Shown here piece after piece: positions 1 through 12,559 of a stretch of DNA of 39,326 nucleotides. The position numbers and the translations under genes were made by a program. Within the stretch, counting starts at the first letter, position 1. Every line of letters starts with the position of its first letter. Source of the DNA: Chiloscyllium plagiosum (lineage: Eukaryota); the NCBI RefSeq assembly GCF_004010195.1, contig NC_057718.1:1081606-1120931 (forward strand), given 5' to 3'. The notes beneath the pieces were generated by a model, which worked only from the letters and a program-made list of their open reading frames with translations, had not been told where the DNA came from and did not search any database.

Positions 1-1828
1 TACAGCCGGCGCACAGTCAGCCAGGGGGACATACAGTCGGCGCACAGTCAGCCAGGGGGACATACAGTCGGCGCACAGTCAGCCAGGGGGACATACAGTC
101 GGCGCACAGTCAGCCAGGGGGACATACAGTCGGCGCACAGTCAGCCAGGGGGACATACAGTCGGCGCACAGTCAGCCAGGGGGACATACAGTCGGCGCAC
201 AGTCAGCCAGGGGGACATACAGTCGGCGCACAGTCAGCCAGGGGGACATACAGTCGGCGCACAGTCAGCCAGGGGGACATACAGTCGGCGCACAGTCAGC
301 CAGGGGGACATACAGTCGGCGCACAGTCAGCCAGGGGGACATACAGTCGGCGCACAGTCAGCCAGGGGGACATACAGTCGGCGCACAGTCAGCCAGGGGG
401 ACATACAGTCGGCGCACAGTCAGCCAGGGGGACATACAGTCGGCGCACAGTCAGCCAGGGGGACATACAGTCGGCGCACAGTCAGCCAGGGGGACATACA
501 GTCGGCGCACAGTCAGCCAGGGGGACATACAGTCGGCGCACAGTCAGCCAGGGGGACATACAGTCGGCGCACAGTCAGCCAGGGGGACATACAGTCGGCG
601 CACAGTCAGCCAGGGGGACATACAGTCGGCGCACAGTCAGCCAGGGGGACATACAGCCGGCGCACAGTCAACCGGGGGACATACAGTCGGCGCACAGTCA
701 GCCAGGGGGACATACAGCCGGCGCACAGTCAACCGGGGGACATACAGTCGGCGCACAGTCAGCCAGGGGGACATACAGCCGGCGCACAGTCAACCGGGGG
801 ACATACAGTCGGCGCACAGTCAGCCAGGGGGACATACAGCCAGCTCACAGTCAGCCAGGGGGACATACAGCCAGCTCACAGTCAGCCAGGGGGACATACA
901 GCCAGCTCACAGTCAGCCAGGGGGACATACAGCCAGCTCACAGTCAGCCAGGGGGACATACAGCCAGCTCACAGTCAGCCAGGGGGACATACAGCCAGCT
1001 CACAGTCAGCCAGGGGGACATACAGCCAGCTCACAGTCAGCCAGGGGGACATACAGCCAGCTCACAGTCAGCCAGGGGGACATACAGCCAGCTCACAGTC
1101 AGCCAGGGGGACATACAGCCAGCTCACAGTCAGCCAGGGGGACATACAGCCGCGCACAGTCAGCCAGGGGGACATACAGTCGGCGCACAGTCAGCCAGGG
1201 GGACATACAGCCGGCGCACAGTCAGCCAGGGGGACATACAGCCGGCGCACAGTCAGCCAGGGGGACATACAGTCGGCGCACAGTCAGCCAGGGGGACATA
1301 CAGTCGGCGCACAGTCAGCCAGGGGGACATACAGCCGGCGCACAGTCAGCCATGGGGACATACAGCCAGCGCACAGTCAGCCAGGGGGACATACAGCCGG
1401 CGCACAGTCAGCCAGGGGGACATACAGCCGGCGCACAGTCAGCCAGGGGGACATACAGCCGGCGCACAGTCAGCCAGGGGGACATACAGCAGGCGCACAG
1501 TCAGCCAGGGGGACATACAGCAGGCGCACAGTCAGCCAGGGGGACATACAGCAGGCGCACAGTCCAGTCAACCAGGGGGACATACAGCCGGCGCACAGTC
1601 AGCCAGGGGGACATACAGCCGGCGCACAGTCAGCCAGGTGGACATACAGTCGGCGCACAGTCAGCCAGGGGGACATACAGTCGGCGCACAGTCAGCCAGG
1701 GGGACATACAGCCAGCGCACAGTCAGCCAGGGGGACATACAGTCGGCGCACAGTCAGCCAGGGGGACATACAGCCGGCGCACAGTCAGCCAGGGGGATAT
1801 ACAGCCGGCGCACAGTCAGCCAGGGGAC
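1..1828. repeat. 31-bp GC-rich minisatellite (about 59 units, runs off the window start)
   Basis: Unit CCAGGGGGACATACAGTCGGCGCACAGTCAG repeated head-to-tail, with blocks of variant units. Confidence 0.97.
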
Positions 1829-2214
1829 AGTATATCAACATTGAGGTTTAGTCACAGCCTTAACTCCGGACTGAACTGTCAGATGTACTTTGCTGCCAGT
1901 ACCACTGAGGTGATCACATTTATTGATTCTACGGTGCCATATCACTGACATTATCAGAATTTATTCCCCACCAGTAGGTGAATCTGTCTTTCTTTCACCT
2001 CTTCCTTTTCATTCCAGACTGTGCACCAAGACTGTCTGTTCCTAACCCTTGCCTGAGCCTATAGAACCCCCTCTGTATCCACTCTGTTACCAATTTGTAC
2101 AACAGCCATCACTCCTGCAGCAGCAAACTGCATTAGCCCATCTTCTTGGCATATGAACATTACCAGCAAGGCTGGTATTTATCGTCCATCAACAGCTGTC
2201 CTGATAAAGCAGTG

Positions 2215-2420
2215 GTTGAAACTTTATTGCTGGACCAGCACAGCAGGTCAGGCAGCATCCAGGGAACAGGAGATTCGACGTTTCGGGCACAGGCCCTTCT
2301 TCGGGCCTGTGCCCGAAACGTCGAATCTCCTGTTCCCTGGATGCTGCCTGACCTGCTGTGCTGGTCCAGCAATAAAGTTTCAACTTTGATCTCCAGCATC
2401 TGCAGACCTCACTTTCTCCT
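2215..2420. mobile_element. Short Penelope-derived insertion as an inverted dimer (perfect 82-bp palindrome plus 36-nt tail)
   Basis: Arms 2215-2296 and 2303-2384 are exact reverse complements around a TTCTTC spacer. Flanked by the direct repeat GATAAAGCA(G/A)TGG (2203-2215, 2421-2433). Homologous to the 3' end of the Penelope fragment at 2521-3098. Confidence 0.85.
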
Positions 2421-2520
2421 GATAAAGCAATGGGTCTTCTTCAACAGATGGCAGTGGTTTAATATCAGCTGATTGACTTGTTGGGCCACTTCAGGAATTA
2501 GTTAAGAGTTAGCCAGGTCA

Positions 2521-3098
2521 TTGTGGATCGTTTCAGAGATAACCTCTGGGACACCCCACCAATCAACCCACTGCCCTGTGGCCTAACACTTCAACTCCCC
2601 CTCCCCCTCCCCCTCCCCCAAGGACATGCAGGTCTTGGGCCTCGTCCATGGTCAAACCCTATCCACCCGATGCCTGGAGGAAGAACTCCTCATATTCTGC
2701 CTTGGGACCCTGCAACCACATGGGATTAATGCGGATTTCACCAGTTTCCACATTTTCCCCTCCCCCCCGCCTTATCCCAGTCCCAAGTCTCAAACTCGGC
2801 ACCAACCTCCTGACCTGTTCACCGCCTTTCCCATCTATCTGCTCCACCCTCCTAACCAACCTATCACCTTCTCCCCCACCGTCATCTGCCTAATGTATTC
2901 TCAGCTACCTTCCCCCCAGCCCCAACCCCCTTCCATTTATCTCTCCGTCCCCAGACCCACAAGCCTCACTCCTAATGAAGGGCTTATGCCCAAAACCTTG
3001 ATTCTCCTGCACCTCGGATGCTGCCTGAATGGTTGTGCTGTTCTAGCACCACACTCGCAACTCTGATCTGAAGCATCTGCAGTCCTCCCTTTCTCCTG
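2521..3098 (+). mobile_element. 5'-truncated Penelope-like retroelement (C-terminus of GIY-YIG endonuclease plus 3' end with decayed hammerhead motif)
   Basis: Frameshifted translation RFRDNLWDT...HFNSPS...DMQVLGLVHGQTLSTRCLEEELLIFCLGTLQPHGINADF fits the PLE GIY-YIG C-terminus (E..I..L.T..P.G.N). Decayed motif CTAATGAAGGGCTTATGCCCAAAACC at about 2972-2997. TSD GTTAG(C/T)CAGGTCA at 2508-2520 and 3099-3111. Confidence 0.85.
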
Positions 3099-3757
3099 GT
3101 TAGTCAGGTCAGTCTCGAATTGAAGCCAAAAGGGGCTAGATCAAGCCTGACAATGGCCAGTGTTGAAATAACCTCCTTCACCAGAGTACAATATCTACAG
3201 GTGTGGACAGGAGCGGTAATAAATTGGACACAGAGGGAAAAATTAGAACTTGGTCAAAGCAATAAGCTAGAGAAGGACAATACTAAAGTAGAAGCAACAA
3301 CAGCAGAGGTTCAGTGAGGGAATGCGAGTGTGAGACTCTGGCAAAAGAGGTACAGCCACCAATGTTCGAGAGATCAAAACTAGGGAGAAAAAATGGATGT
3401 CAGGGAACTGCCGGGCTTGTCAGGATTACACAGGCAGGGAGGAGCTAGGGTCATGATGGGATGTAAAAACTGGGATGAGGATTTTAAAATTGAGATATTG
3501 CCAGACCAGGAATGACTCTTCGGGTGAATAGTGCAGATTCAGATGGGAGCCGCTGGAAATAATTACTCGAGAGATAACAAAGTTATTGGTGAGGTCTTCT
3601 GAGAAGGTGGCTTGAGGCAAGGTTGGAGATGGGTGATGCCAGCTATAAAGGTTGCAAATTGAGTAACAGAGCAGATATTTGCCAAGAATCCCAGCTCAAA
3701 ATCAAACACCGAGTTCCGGTGGTTACCAACCTTCGGTCTGTCAGTGACCCAGGAGAG

Positions 3758-4783
3758 AAATAGAACATAGAACAGTACAGCACAGAACAGGCCATTCAGC
3801 CCACGATGTTGTGCCGACCATTGATCCTCATGTATGCACCCTCAAATTTCTGTGACCATATGCATGTCCAGCAGTCTCTTAAAAGTCCCCAATAACCTTG
3901 CTTCCACAACTGCTGTTGGCAACGCATCCCATGCTCTCACAACTCTCTGTGTAAAGAACCCGCCTCTGACATCCCCTCTATACTTTCCTCCAACCAGCTT
4001 AAACTATGAGCCCTCGTGTTAGTCATTTGTGCCCTGGGAAATAGTCTCTGCCTATCGACTCTATGCCTCTCATTATCTTGTATACCTCAATTAGGTCCCC
4101 TCTCCTCCTCCTTTTCTCCAATGAAAAAAGTCCGAGCTCAGTCAACCTCTCTTCATAAGATAAGCCCTCCAGTCCAGGCAGCATCCTGGTAAACCTCCTC
4201 TGAACCCTCTCCAAAGCATCCACATCTTTCCTATAATAGGGCAACCANNNNNNNNNNNNNNNNNNNNNNNNNNNNNNNNNNNNNNNNNNNNNNNNNNNNN
4301 NNNNNNNNNNNNNNNNNNNNNNNNNNNNNNNNNNNNNNNNNNNNNNNNNNNNNNNNNNNNNNNNNNNNNNNNNNNNNNNNNNNNNNNNNNNNNNNNNNNN
4401 NNNNNNNNNNNNNNNNNNNNNNNNNNNNNNNNNNNNNNNNNNNNNNNNNNNNNNNNNNNNNNNNNNNNNNNCCACTCACTGTCTTCTGTTGGCCAGCCAA
4501 TTCTGTATCCAGACAGCTAAGTTTCCCGGTATCCCATTCCTCCTGACCTTCTGAATGAGCCTACCATGGGGAACCTTATCAAATGCCTTGCTGAAGTCCA
4601 TATACACCACATCCACAGCTCGACCCTCATCAAACTTTCTAGTCACATCCTCAAAGAACTCGATAAGGTTTGTGAGGCATGACCTGCCCCTCACAAAGCC
4701 GTGTTGACTGCATTTAATCAAGCCACGCTCTTCCAGATGGTCATAAATCCTATTCCTCAGAATCCTTTCTAACACCTTGCAGT
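3758..4783 (-). mobile_element. CR1 LINE 3' portion spanning an assembly gap
   Basis: RT motifs QHGFVRGRSCLTNL, VYMDFSKAFDKVPH, LERVQRRFTRMLPGL, RGDLIEVYK. (CATAGAA)n tail at about 3758-3775. Confidence 0.9.
4248..4471. other. Assembly gap (N run)
   Basis: 224 N. Confidence 1.
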
Positions 4784-4789
4784 CAGTGC

Positions 4790-5810
4790 TCAGGTACAGC
4801 ACACAGAAAGAGCTTTACTCAGTATCTAACTTGTGCAAGACCTGTCCTAAGAGTGTTTGATGGAGACATAGTAGAGGGAACTTTATTCTGTGCCTCACCC
4901 CATATTGTACCTGTGCTGTGAGTGTTTCAAGGGATAGTGTAGTTTTATCCTGTTAACTAACCCCATGCAGTACCTGTTAAGGGAGTGTTTGATGGGGACA
5001 GTAGAGAGAGCTTTACTTCCAATTTAAATGAGTAGAGAGTGCTTTTCATTTAGTGTAAAAGAGTAGAAGGAGCTTTACGTTGTATCCAACCTCGTACTAT
5101 TCCCAATTTGATTCTAACTCTATGTTGTACCTGCCTTGGGAGTGTTTGATGGGGCAGTGTCAAGGGGACTTTATGTTTACTTTTAGTCTAAAGAAGTAGA
5201 CAGAGCCTTCATCTGTATCTAATCCCGTGCTGTAACTGTGCTGGGCGTGTTTGATGGGAACAGTGTAGAGGGAGGTTTACTTCCAAGCCAGGGAAAACTA
5301 CTCTGTATCTAAGCCCATGCTGTACCGATGTTGGAAGTGGTTAACGGGGACTATGGAGAGAGATTTAATTGCAGTTTAAGAGTACAGTGAGCTTTACTCT
5401 GTGTTTAACCCTATGCTATACCTGTCCTGGTAGCATTTGCTGGTGACAGTGTAGAGGGAACTTTACTCTGTACCTCACTTTGCGCTGTCCCTGTCCAGTG
5501 AGTGTTTGATTGGGACGGGTTTCAAAGGAGCTTAAAGTTTAAAAAGAATTTTACTTTCAGTTTAAAAGGTTAGAGTGAGCTTAACTCTGCATTAATCTCT
5601 GTGCTGTGCCTATCCTGGGAAGGGGGAAGCGGGGACAGTGTCAAGGCAGCTTTACTTTCTGTTTGCATTCAATTTAAAATGGGTAGGGGTTGGTTAACTT
5701 TCATTTTCAGACAGTCGAAGGAGCTGTACTCCGCACCAACTCTGTGCTGTCCCTATCCTGGGAGTGTTTGATGTGATAGTCTAGAGGCAAGTTTACCTCG
5801 TGTCTAACTA
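4790..5810. repeat. Degenerate tandem repeat, about 68-bp unit with AT-rich partial units
   Basis: Recurring CTTTACTCTGTATCTAACCC..TGCTGTACCTGTCCTGGGAGTGTTTGATGGGGACAGTGTAGAGGGAG-like units. Confidence 0.8.
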
Positions 5811-5949
5811 AAGAACTTCTGATAAACAGTCACTGGACGTGAAACATTAACTTTGCTTTCTTCCCACAAAAGGTGCCAGACCTTCTGAGTTTCTCCAGCA
5901 ATGTTTGTTTTTGAACTCCATCTGCCATTATCAGACCAGCATTTGCAGT

Positions 5950-7685
5950 TACACAGAACAGTACAGCACAGTACAGGCCCTTCGGCCCTTGATGTTGTGC
6001 TGACCTTTTATCCTCCTCTAAGATCAGATTAACTTACATATCCTACATTGTGCTGTCTTCCATGTGCTGATCCGAGATCCGCTTAAATGGCCCTAATGTC
6101 TCTGACTCTACTACCATTGCCGGCAGTGCATTCCACACACCCACCACTCTCTGTGTAAAGAACCGACCTCTGACATCTCCTCTAAACCTTCCAATCACCT
6201 TAAAATTATGCCCCCTTGTGATAGCCATTTCCGCCAAGGGAAATAGTCTCTGGCTATCCACTCTATCTAGGCTTCCCATCATCTTGTACACCTCTATCAA
6301 GTCACCTCTCATCCTTCTTCACTTCAATAAGAAAAGCCTTAGCACTCTCAACCTTTCTTCATAAGACATGCCCTCCGGTCCAGGCAGCATCCTGGTAAAT
6401 CTCCTCTGCACCCTCTCTAAAGCTTTCACATCCTTCTTAGAATGAGGTGACCAGAATTGAACACAATATTTGAGTGTGGTCTAACCAGGGCTGTGTAGGA
6501 CTACAGCATAACCATGTGGCTCTTAAACTCAATCCCCTGCTAATGAAAGCCAACACACCATACACCATCTTAACAATCCTCTGTATCCGGATGGCAACTT
6601 TAAGGGATCTATGGACATGGACTCGAAGATCCCTCTTTTTCTCCATGTTGCCAAGAATCCTGTCTTTAACTCTGTATTCTACATTCAAATTCGACCTTCC
6701 AAAATGAACGACTTCAGGATGAACTCCATCTGCCAGCTATAAGCCCAGTTCTGCATCCTGTCAATGTTCCATTGCAACCTACAACAGCCCTCCACACTAC
6801 CCAGCACTCCACCAACCTTCCTGTCAACGGCAAACCTACTAACCCACCCTTCCACTTCCTCATCCAAGTCCTTTATAAAAATCACAAAGAGCAGAGGTCC
6901 TAGAACTGATCCTTGCAGAACCCACTGGTCACCGAGCTCCAGACTGAATACTTTCCATCTTCTACCACACACTGTCTTCTATGGGCCGTCTAATTCTGTA
7001 TCCAGACAGCCAGATTTCCCTGTATCCCAGGCCTCCTTACTGTCTGAATGAGCCTATCATGGGAAACCTTATTAAACACTTTGCTAAAATCCATACACAC
7101 CACATCCATTGCTCTACCTTCATCAATATGTCACATCCTCAAAGAATTCAATAAGGTTGTGAGACATGACCTGCCCCTCACAAAGCCATGCTGACTATCT
7201 GTAATTGAATTATGGTTTTCCAAGTAATCATAAATCCTGTCCCTCAGCATCATCTCCAATACTTTGCCCACCACTGACGTAAGACCGACTGATCTGTAAT
7301 TCCCTTTTCCCTTTCTTGAACAAGGGAATAACATTTGCCAACTTCCAATCATCTGGCATTACTTCATTGGACAGTGAGTAAACAAAGTTCATCGCCAAAG
7401 GTGCAGCAAGCTCTTCCCTCACCACCTGTAGTAGCCTTGGGGTATATCCCATCTGGCCCAGGGATTTATTCATCCTTATGTTTTTCAAACTTTTCAGCAC
7501 ATCCTCTTTCCTAAGATCTGCTCTAGTATATCAGTCTGTTTCACACTATCCACAGAAAGTCAAGGTCCCTCTCGGTAGTGAATACTGAAGCAAAGTATTC
7601 ATTAAGGGCCTCCTCTACCACCTCCAACTCCAGGTACAAGTTCCCTCCACTATCCCTACCCTCACTCTGACAATCCTCTTGTTCT
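5950..7685 (-). mobile_element. Decayed CR1 LINE (RT region and 3' UTR)
   Basis: Fragments PDDWKLANVIPLFKKG, SQHGFVRGRSCLT, QGSVLGPLLFVIFI, RGDLIEVYKMM, FFTQRVV..WNALP, with frameshifts. Confidence 0.9.
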
Positions 7686-7862
7686 CGGTTTCATTTTAGA
7701 CTCTTGAATCCGAAGAACGCAAAAGCCCAATATCTGAATCTCTCTGAGTCTCTAACCTACAGAGTCTTCATCTACTTGGCTCTGTTTTATTTTTTCTTAA
7801 CTGAAGAAATATTGTTGTTATTAGTCAGAAATCCATTCGTTCAGGTCATTTGGTATACTTAC

Positions 7863-8119
7863 TGCAATTCCTGAAAACGCTGTCGGTCATACTCGTCGTA
7901 GAGCTCCCTCCAGCTCAGGACACTAACCAAGCCATAGCTGCCAGTGATCACAAACATCAGGAACACCTTCACCATGTGGCTGACCTGCACCAACATGGTG
8001 GTGGCAATAAGTGCTAGCACCGAGATGTAGCTGTAGTATTTTGGTTGTTTCACACAGCTCCTGTTGACCTGGGTCAGGTTTCCTTTTGATGAAGCTTGGT
8101 AGCTATGCAGACAGCTTAA
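7863..8119 (-). CDS. ADCY3: ADCY3-like internal exon (extracellular loop and M2 helices)
   Basis: TTTTGTTCCCAAG acceptor, [91 protein letters not shown] donor. 257 bp, phase 0 to 2. Matches ADCY3 [26 protein letters not shown]...FDEYD. Confidence 0.95.
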
Positions 8120-8246
8120 CTTGGGAACAAAATACTAAAATTATTCAATGTTGTTGAACTGGAGCAGCAAAAAATATTTTCATCAACAATATCACAGGAT
8201 GACTCCTATTTAAATACCAGCATAAACTTCAGCTCTGCTATAATTC

Positions 8247-8353
8247 TCACTCCACCAGCATCATCCCCTCAACCCTCACTCCCACCAACATCCTCCCCTC
8301 AACCCTCACTCCCACCAGCATCATCCCCTCAGATCTCACTCTCACCAGCATCA
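8247..8353. repeat. 30-bp tandem repeat running into a gap
   Basis: CTCACTCCCACCAGCATCATCCCCTCAACC-like units, about 3.5 copies before the N run. Confidence 0.85.
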
Positions 8354-8980
8354 NNNNNNNNNNNNNNNNNNNNNNNNNNNNNNNNNNNNNNNNNNNNNNN
8401 NNNNNNNNNNNNNNNNNNNNNNNNNNNNNNNNNNNNNNNNNNNNNNNNNNNNNNNNNNNNNNNNNNNNNNNNNNNNNNNNNNNNNNNNNNNNNNNNNNNN
8501 NNNNNNNNNNNNNNNNNNNNNNNNNNNNNNNNNNNNNNNNNNNNNNNNNNNNNNNNNNNNNNNNNNNNNNNNNNNNNNNNNNNNNNNNNNNNNNNNNNNN
8601 NNNNNNNNNNNNNNNNNNNNNNNNNNNNNNNNNNNNNNNNNNNNNNNNNNNNNNNNNNNNNNNNNNNNNNNNNNNNNNNNNNNNNNNNNNNNNNNNNNNN
8701 NNNNNNNNNNNNNNNNNNNNNNNNNNNNNNNNNNNNNNNNNNNNNNNNNNNNNNNNNNNNNNNNNNNNNNNNNNNNNNNNNNNNNNNNNNNNNNNNNNNN
8801 NNNNNNNNNNNNNNNNNNNNNNNNNNNNNNNNNNNNNNNNNNNNNNNNNNNNNNNNNNNNNNNNNNNNNNNNNNNNNNNNNNNNNNNNNNNNNNNNNNNN
8901 NNNNNNNNNNNNNNNNNNNNNNNNNNNNNNNNNNNNNNNNNNNNNNNNNNNNNNNNNNNNNNNNNNNNNNNNNNNNNNNN
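8354..8980. other. Assembly gap (N run)
   Basis: 627 N. Confidence 1.
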
Positions 8981-9787
8981 TTTCTAACATCCTCATAAAC
9001 CGCCCCCCCCCCCACCCAATTCAAACCACAACCCGAGCCCATCATTCCCTTATTATGGCATTCACTTTGCTTGCATTAACAAGAATGTGTCCTCACAGAT
9101 TTTCTTATTTGAGAACCTTCAATATTTAAATTTGATCTTAATTGCAGTGTCTCACACAGTTAGAGCTCCTCCAGTTATATGTGGAACTGAATAATCAGTT
9201 TGCTAACCAAAATGTTTCCACTGGGGCAGAAAGAGGGAGAATGAAGTGTTGGGGAGTGGGAAGGGTTTGGTACTCACTGCCCCTCCACCATCTCTTTGGA
9301 CTCTCCTGATGCTTCCATTCATGTGCCAGAAACCGAGTCCTGTGCTAAATACAAATCTGACAGGAAACACATGGGTTATACTGCTTCTTTCTTAATGCTA
9401 AACAGCCCAACATTCAGAACATTAAAATCTGATGTGGCCTTTGCAGATTGCGAGATGGCACAGTGGGTTTAATCTCAAAAGATTCAAGACTGAGGGTTGT
9501 CAGAAGATTGGGAAGTTAGTGCAGAAATGAAGAGCTGCACTGGAGAGTGGGAAAACTGTGTGTCAGAGACAAACAAGCAAATGCACACACAAGCACACAA
9601 GACTGACAAACACAAGTGATGTAGCAGGCTTTGGGCTGCTAAAATACAGAGAGATTGCTAACTTGGCAAAACAGCAAAGAATGCTGGGTACATTGGTCAA
9701 GTAGAACTCTGAAGTCCCAAAATCCACATACCAGACACAGTGTAAATACAGCGGCCAGATGCTAATGACATTAGCATAATGTAAAAT

Positions 9788-10655
9788 TATAGAACATTGA
9801 ACAGTACAGGCCCTTCAGACCTTGCTGTTGTGCTGACCTTTTATCCTACTCTAACATCAGACTAACCTTCATACCCTTCATTGTACTGTCTTCCAATGCA
9901 CCCATCAAAGAGTTGTTTAAACGTCCCTGATGTATCTGACTTTACGCCCACCGCTGGCAGTGCATTTCACACACCCACCACTCTCTGCGTAAAGAACCTA
10001 CGTCTGACATCTCCCCTATACCTTCCTCCAATCACCTTACAATTATACCCCTCATGATAGCTATTTCCATCCTGGGAAAAGTCTCTGGCTATCCACTCTA
10101 TCGAAGCCTCTCTTCATCTTGCACACCTCTATCATGTCACCTCTCATCCTTCTTCGCTCCAATGAGAAAAGCCCTAGCTCCCTCAACCTTTCTTCATAAG
10201 ACACACCCTCCAGTCCTAGCAGCATCCTGGTAAATCTCCTCTGCACCCTCTTTAAAACTTCCACATCCTTCCAATAATGAGGCAAGCGGAACTGAACACA
10301 ATATTCCAAGTGTGGTCTAACCAGGGCTTTATAGAGCTGTGGCATAACCTCGTGGCTCTTAAACTCAATGTCCCTGCTAATGAAAGCCAACACACCATAC
10401 ACCTTCTTAACAACCCTAACAAGCTGGGTGAGAACTTTGAGTGTCTATGTAAGTGGACCCTAAGATCCCTCTGTTCCTCCACACTGGCAAGATTCCTGCC
10501 TTTAATCCTGAATTCTGCATTCAAATTCGACTTTACAAAGTGAATCACTTCACACTTTTCCAGGTTGAACTCCATTTGCTACTTCTCAGTTGAGCTCTGC
10601 ATCCTGTCAATGTCCCGCTGCAACCTACAACAGCCCTCCACACTATCCACAACTT
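9788..10655 (-). mobile_element. CR1 LINE 3' fragment
   Basis: LYKALVRPHLEYCVQF, RVQRRFTRML, QRDIDRM, followed by a CR1-type 3' UTR. Confidence 0.9.
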
Positions 10656-11307
10656 CACTCTGTGCGAAGTTATGTAATGTATTGCTATCTTGGACAGACA
10701 TATCCCGAACAACATATCCACTAAATAAAGGAGGGTTCAGACAGAAAGGTACCGGGTCCTGCTCTACAAAGAAACAAACAATAGCATGCCATCTAAATGA
10801 TTGGCAATGTTTCAAACTATTTTGAGTATCTCCCTGATTGGACAGAACAGAAAGTTCCAGAAAATCATCCATAAAGATATAAAATAGGGTTCACCTGCAG
10901 ACCATGCTCTCTTGGACCCCTGAAGAGACCAGCATGATCCAAGGCAGAGACCTGCTGACCACCCAGATAGAGAGAGGAAGAGAGAAAGCAGCTTTGCAAT
11001 CCCATAAAGACACATGGGAGGGGGAAGAGAGAGAGAGAGAGAGAGAGAAAACACAAATCTACGAGATACTCGGTCAGTATTATAAACATAAGGGGCTGAA
11101 TAGGATTACCGGTAGTGTTGTTTTGTCATAGAAGCTATTTTAACTTGTTTTGTAATAAAGTTGGGACTGTTCTGCATTCGTACTGGCTTGTGTTGGTTGT
11201 AATTTGACCCCATTTTTGTATCATGGGACACCAGGGTAAATTCAATCGTCACAGTGTGGTCAGAGTTGGCTAACTTGTTTTAAGGAGGAACTAGACAATA
11301 AAGTGTG

Positions 11308-11550
11308 CACACGCGCATACACACACGCACACACACATACACACACACACACATACACACACACACACACAATGAATTAAAAAAAACTGATGCATACACA
11401 AGACAGACACAAAAATACAAGACTGGCACAGTACATACACAGCTGACGCAACAAGGTTAATACACACAGACACACAATACTGACACACACTCTGGGGGAT
11501 ACTAACACAGACATATCACAGACAGATATATAGACTGATACAGACAGACA
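11308..11550. repeat. (CA)n microsatellite and CA/GACA-rich low-complexity tract
   Basis: Seen directly. Confidence 0.85.
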
Positions 11551-11552
11551 AA

Positions 11553-11640
11553 AAGTGTGGTTCTGGAAAAGCACAGCCGGTCAGGCAGCATCTGAGGAGG
11601 AGAGTCAGCATTGAGCATGAGCTCTCCATCAGGAAGCTGT
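11553..11640 (-). mobile_element. Short Penelope-derived repeat with decayed hammerhead motif
   Basis: Minus strand TTCCTGATGGA-GAGC-TCAT-GCTC-AATGCTGACTCTCC...GATGCTGCCTGACCGGCTGTGCTTTTCCAG. Confidence 0.7.
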
Positions 11641-12559
11641 CTCCTGACACAGACAGACATACACTGATATAGAGATGAATACTGTGTAATGTTTTAATCT
11701 CTTTAACTCTTGTATTACAAGTGGTTGAAGAAGGACTCAGCTGATCTCTGGAATGAAAGAGTATTTTGATAGATTGAGCATGCATTCATTGGACTTTAGA
11801 AGGCTGAGAGGTGATCTTATTGAAACATACAAGATTGTGAGGTGGACAGGGTCGATGCTGGGAAGATGTTTCCTTTTGGATGAAACTGCACAGATGCAAA
11901 AGAAGTGGTCTCTCCTTTAAGACAGGGATGAGGAGGCATTTCCTCTCTCACAGGGTTGTTATTGTTTGGGACGCTGCCCTGGAGAACAGAATCACAGAAT
12001 TTTTCACAGATTTATTATTGTACAAAGGAAGCTGTCCAACCCATCATGTCCACACCAGCCATTTTCCTGCACACCATTACTATCCAAATATCCATCTAAT
12101 TCCCTCTTGAATACCTGAATTGAAATTACCACATTTCCAGGCAGTCCATTCCAAACCCTAACTACTCACTGGGTGAGAAAGCACTAAAAAGACTGGCCTT
12201 CATTGAAAGTATTTAAAGCTGAGTTGGATAGAATTTGGATCGACAATGAGGTTGCTAACTCTGAGTGAAGATGTTCTTGGAGATTTGTTTATGAATATTA
12301 TAGCACATTGTCACTTGTCAGTTCAACCAGGCGCAATAAAGTCATTTGTTTTACAGAGTGATAGGGGTCTAAGGAGGCCCTGACTCTCTTCTCATTCATC
12401 AGTGGCTACGGTTTAACGTACAGTGCTGGAACAACACCATTAAAAGGGGAAACAGAAGCAATCCATTCACCTCATTCTGAGAGTTATCCAAACATACAGG
12501 TTTCATTAAGGGAGCCATACTGTCTTGGAGTTATTAATCAGCTTGGACACAGCATGTTT

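Noticed and set aside
1..1828. CRISPR-like array
   Set aside because: Units are contiguous with no unique spacers, the context is eukaryotic, and there are no cas genes.
1352..1948. 198-aa repetitive ORF (and nested 1638-1844)
   Set aside because: It is a read-through of the 31-bp minisatellite, with no splice or domain evidence, and it is antisense to the host gene.
2215..2384. Canonical pre-miRNA gene
   Set aside because: The hairpin is a perfect TE-derived inverted duplication with a TSD, and there is no evidence of miRNA-type processing.
1830..7862. Next downstream ADCY3 exon (LVPSKY...FYYFSRH type)
   Set aside because: I searched the minus strand by eye. The only near match (VLAAKYI at about 1880-1902) hits a stop, so the exon presumably lies beyond the window start.
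8247..9045. Long ORFs of 238-249 aa (also 4023-4500)
   Set aside because: Artefacts of translation through N gaps.
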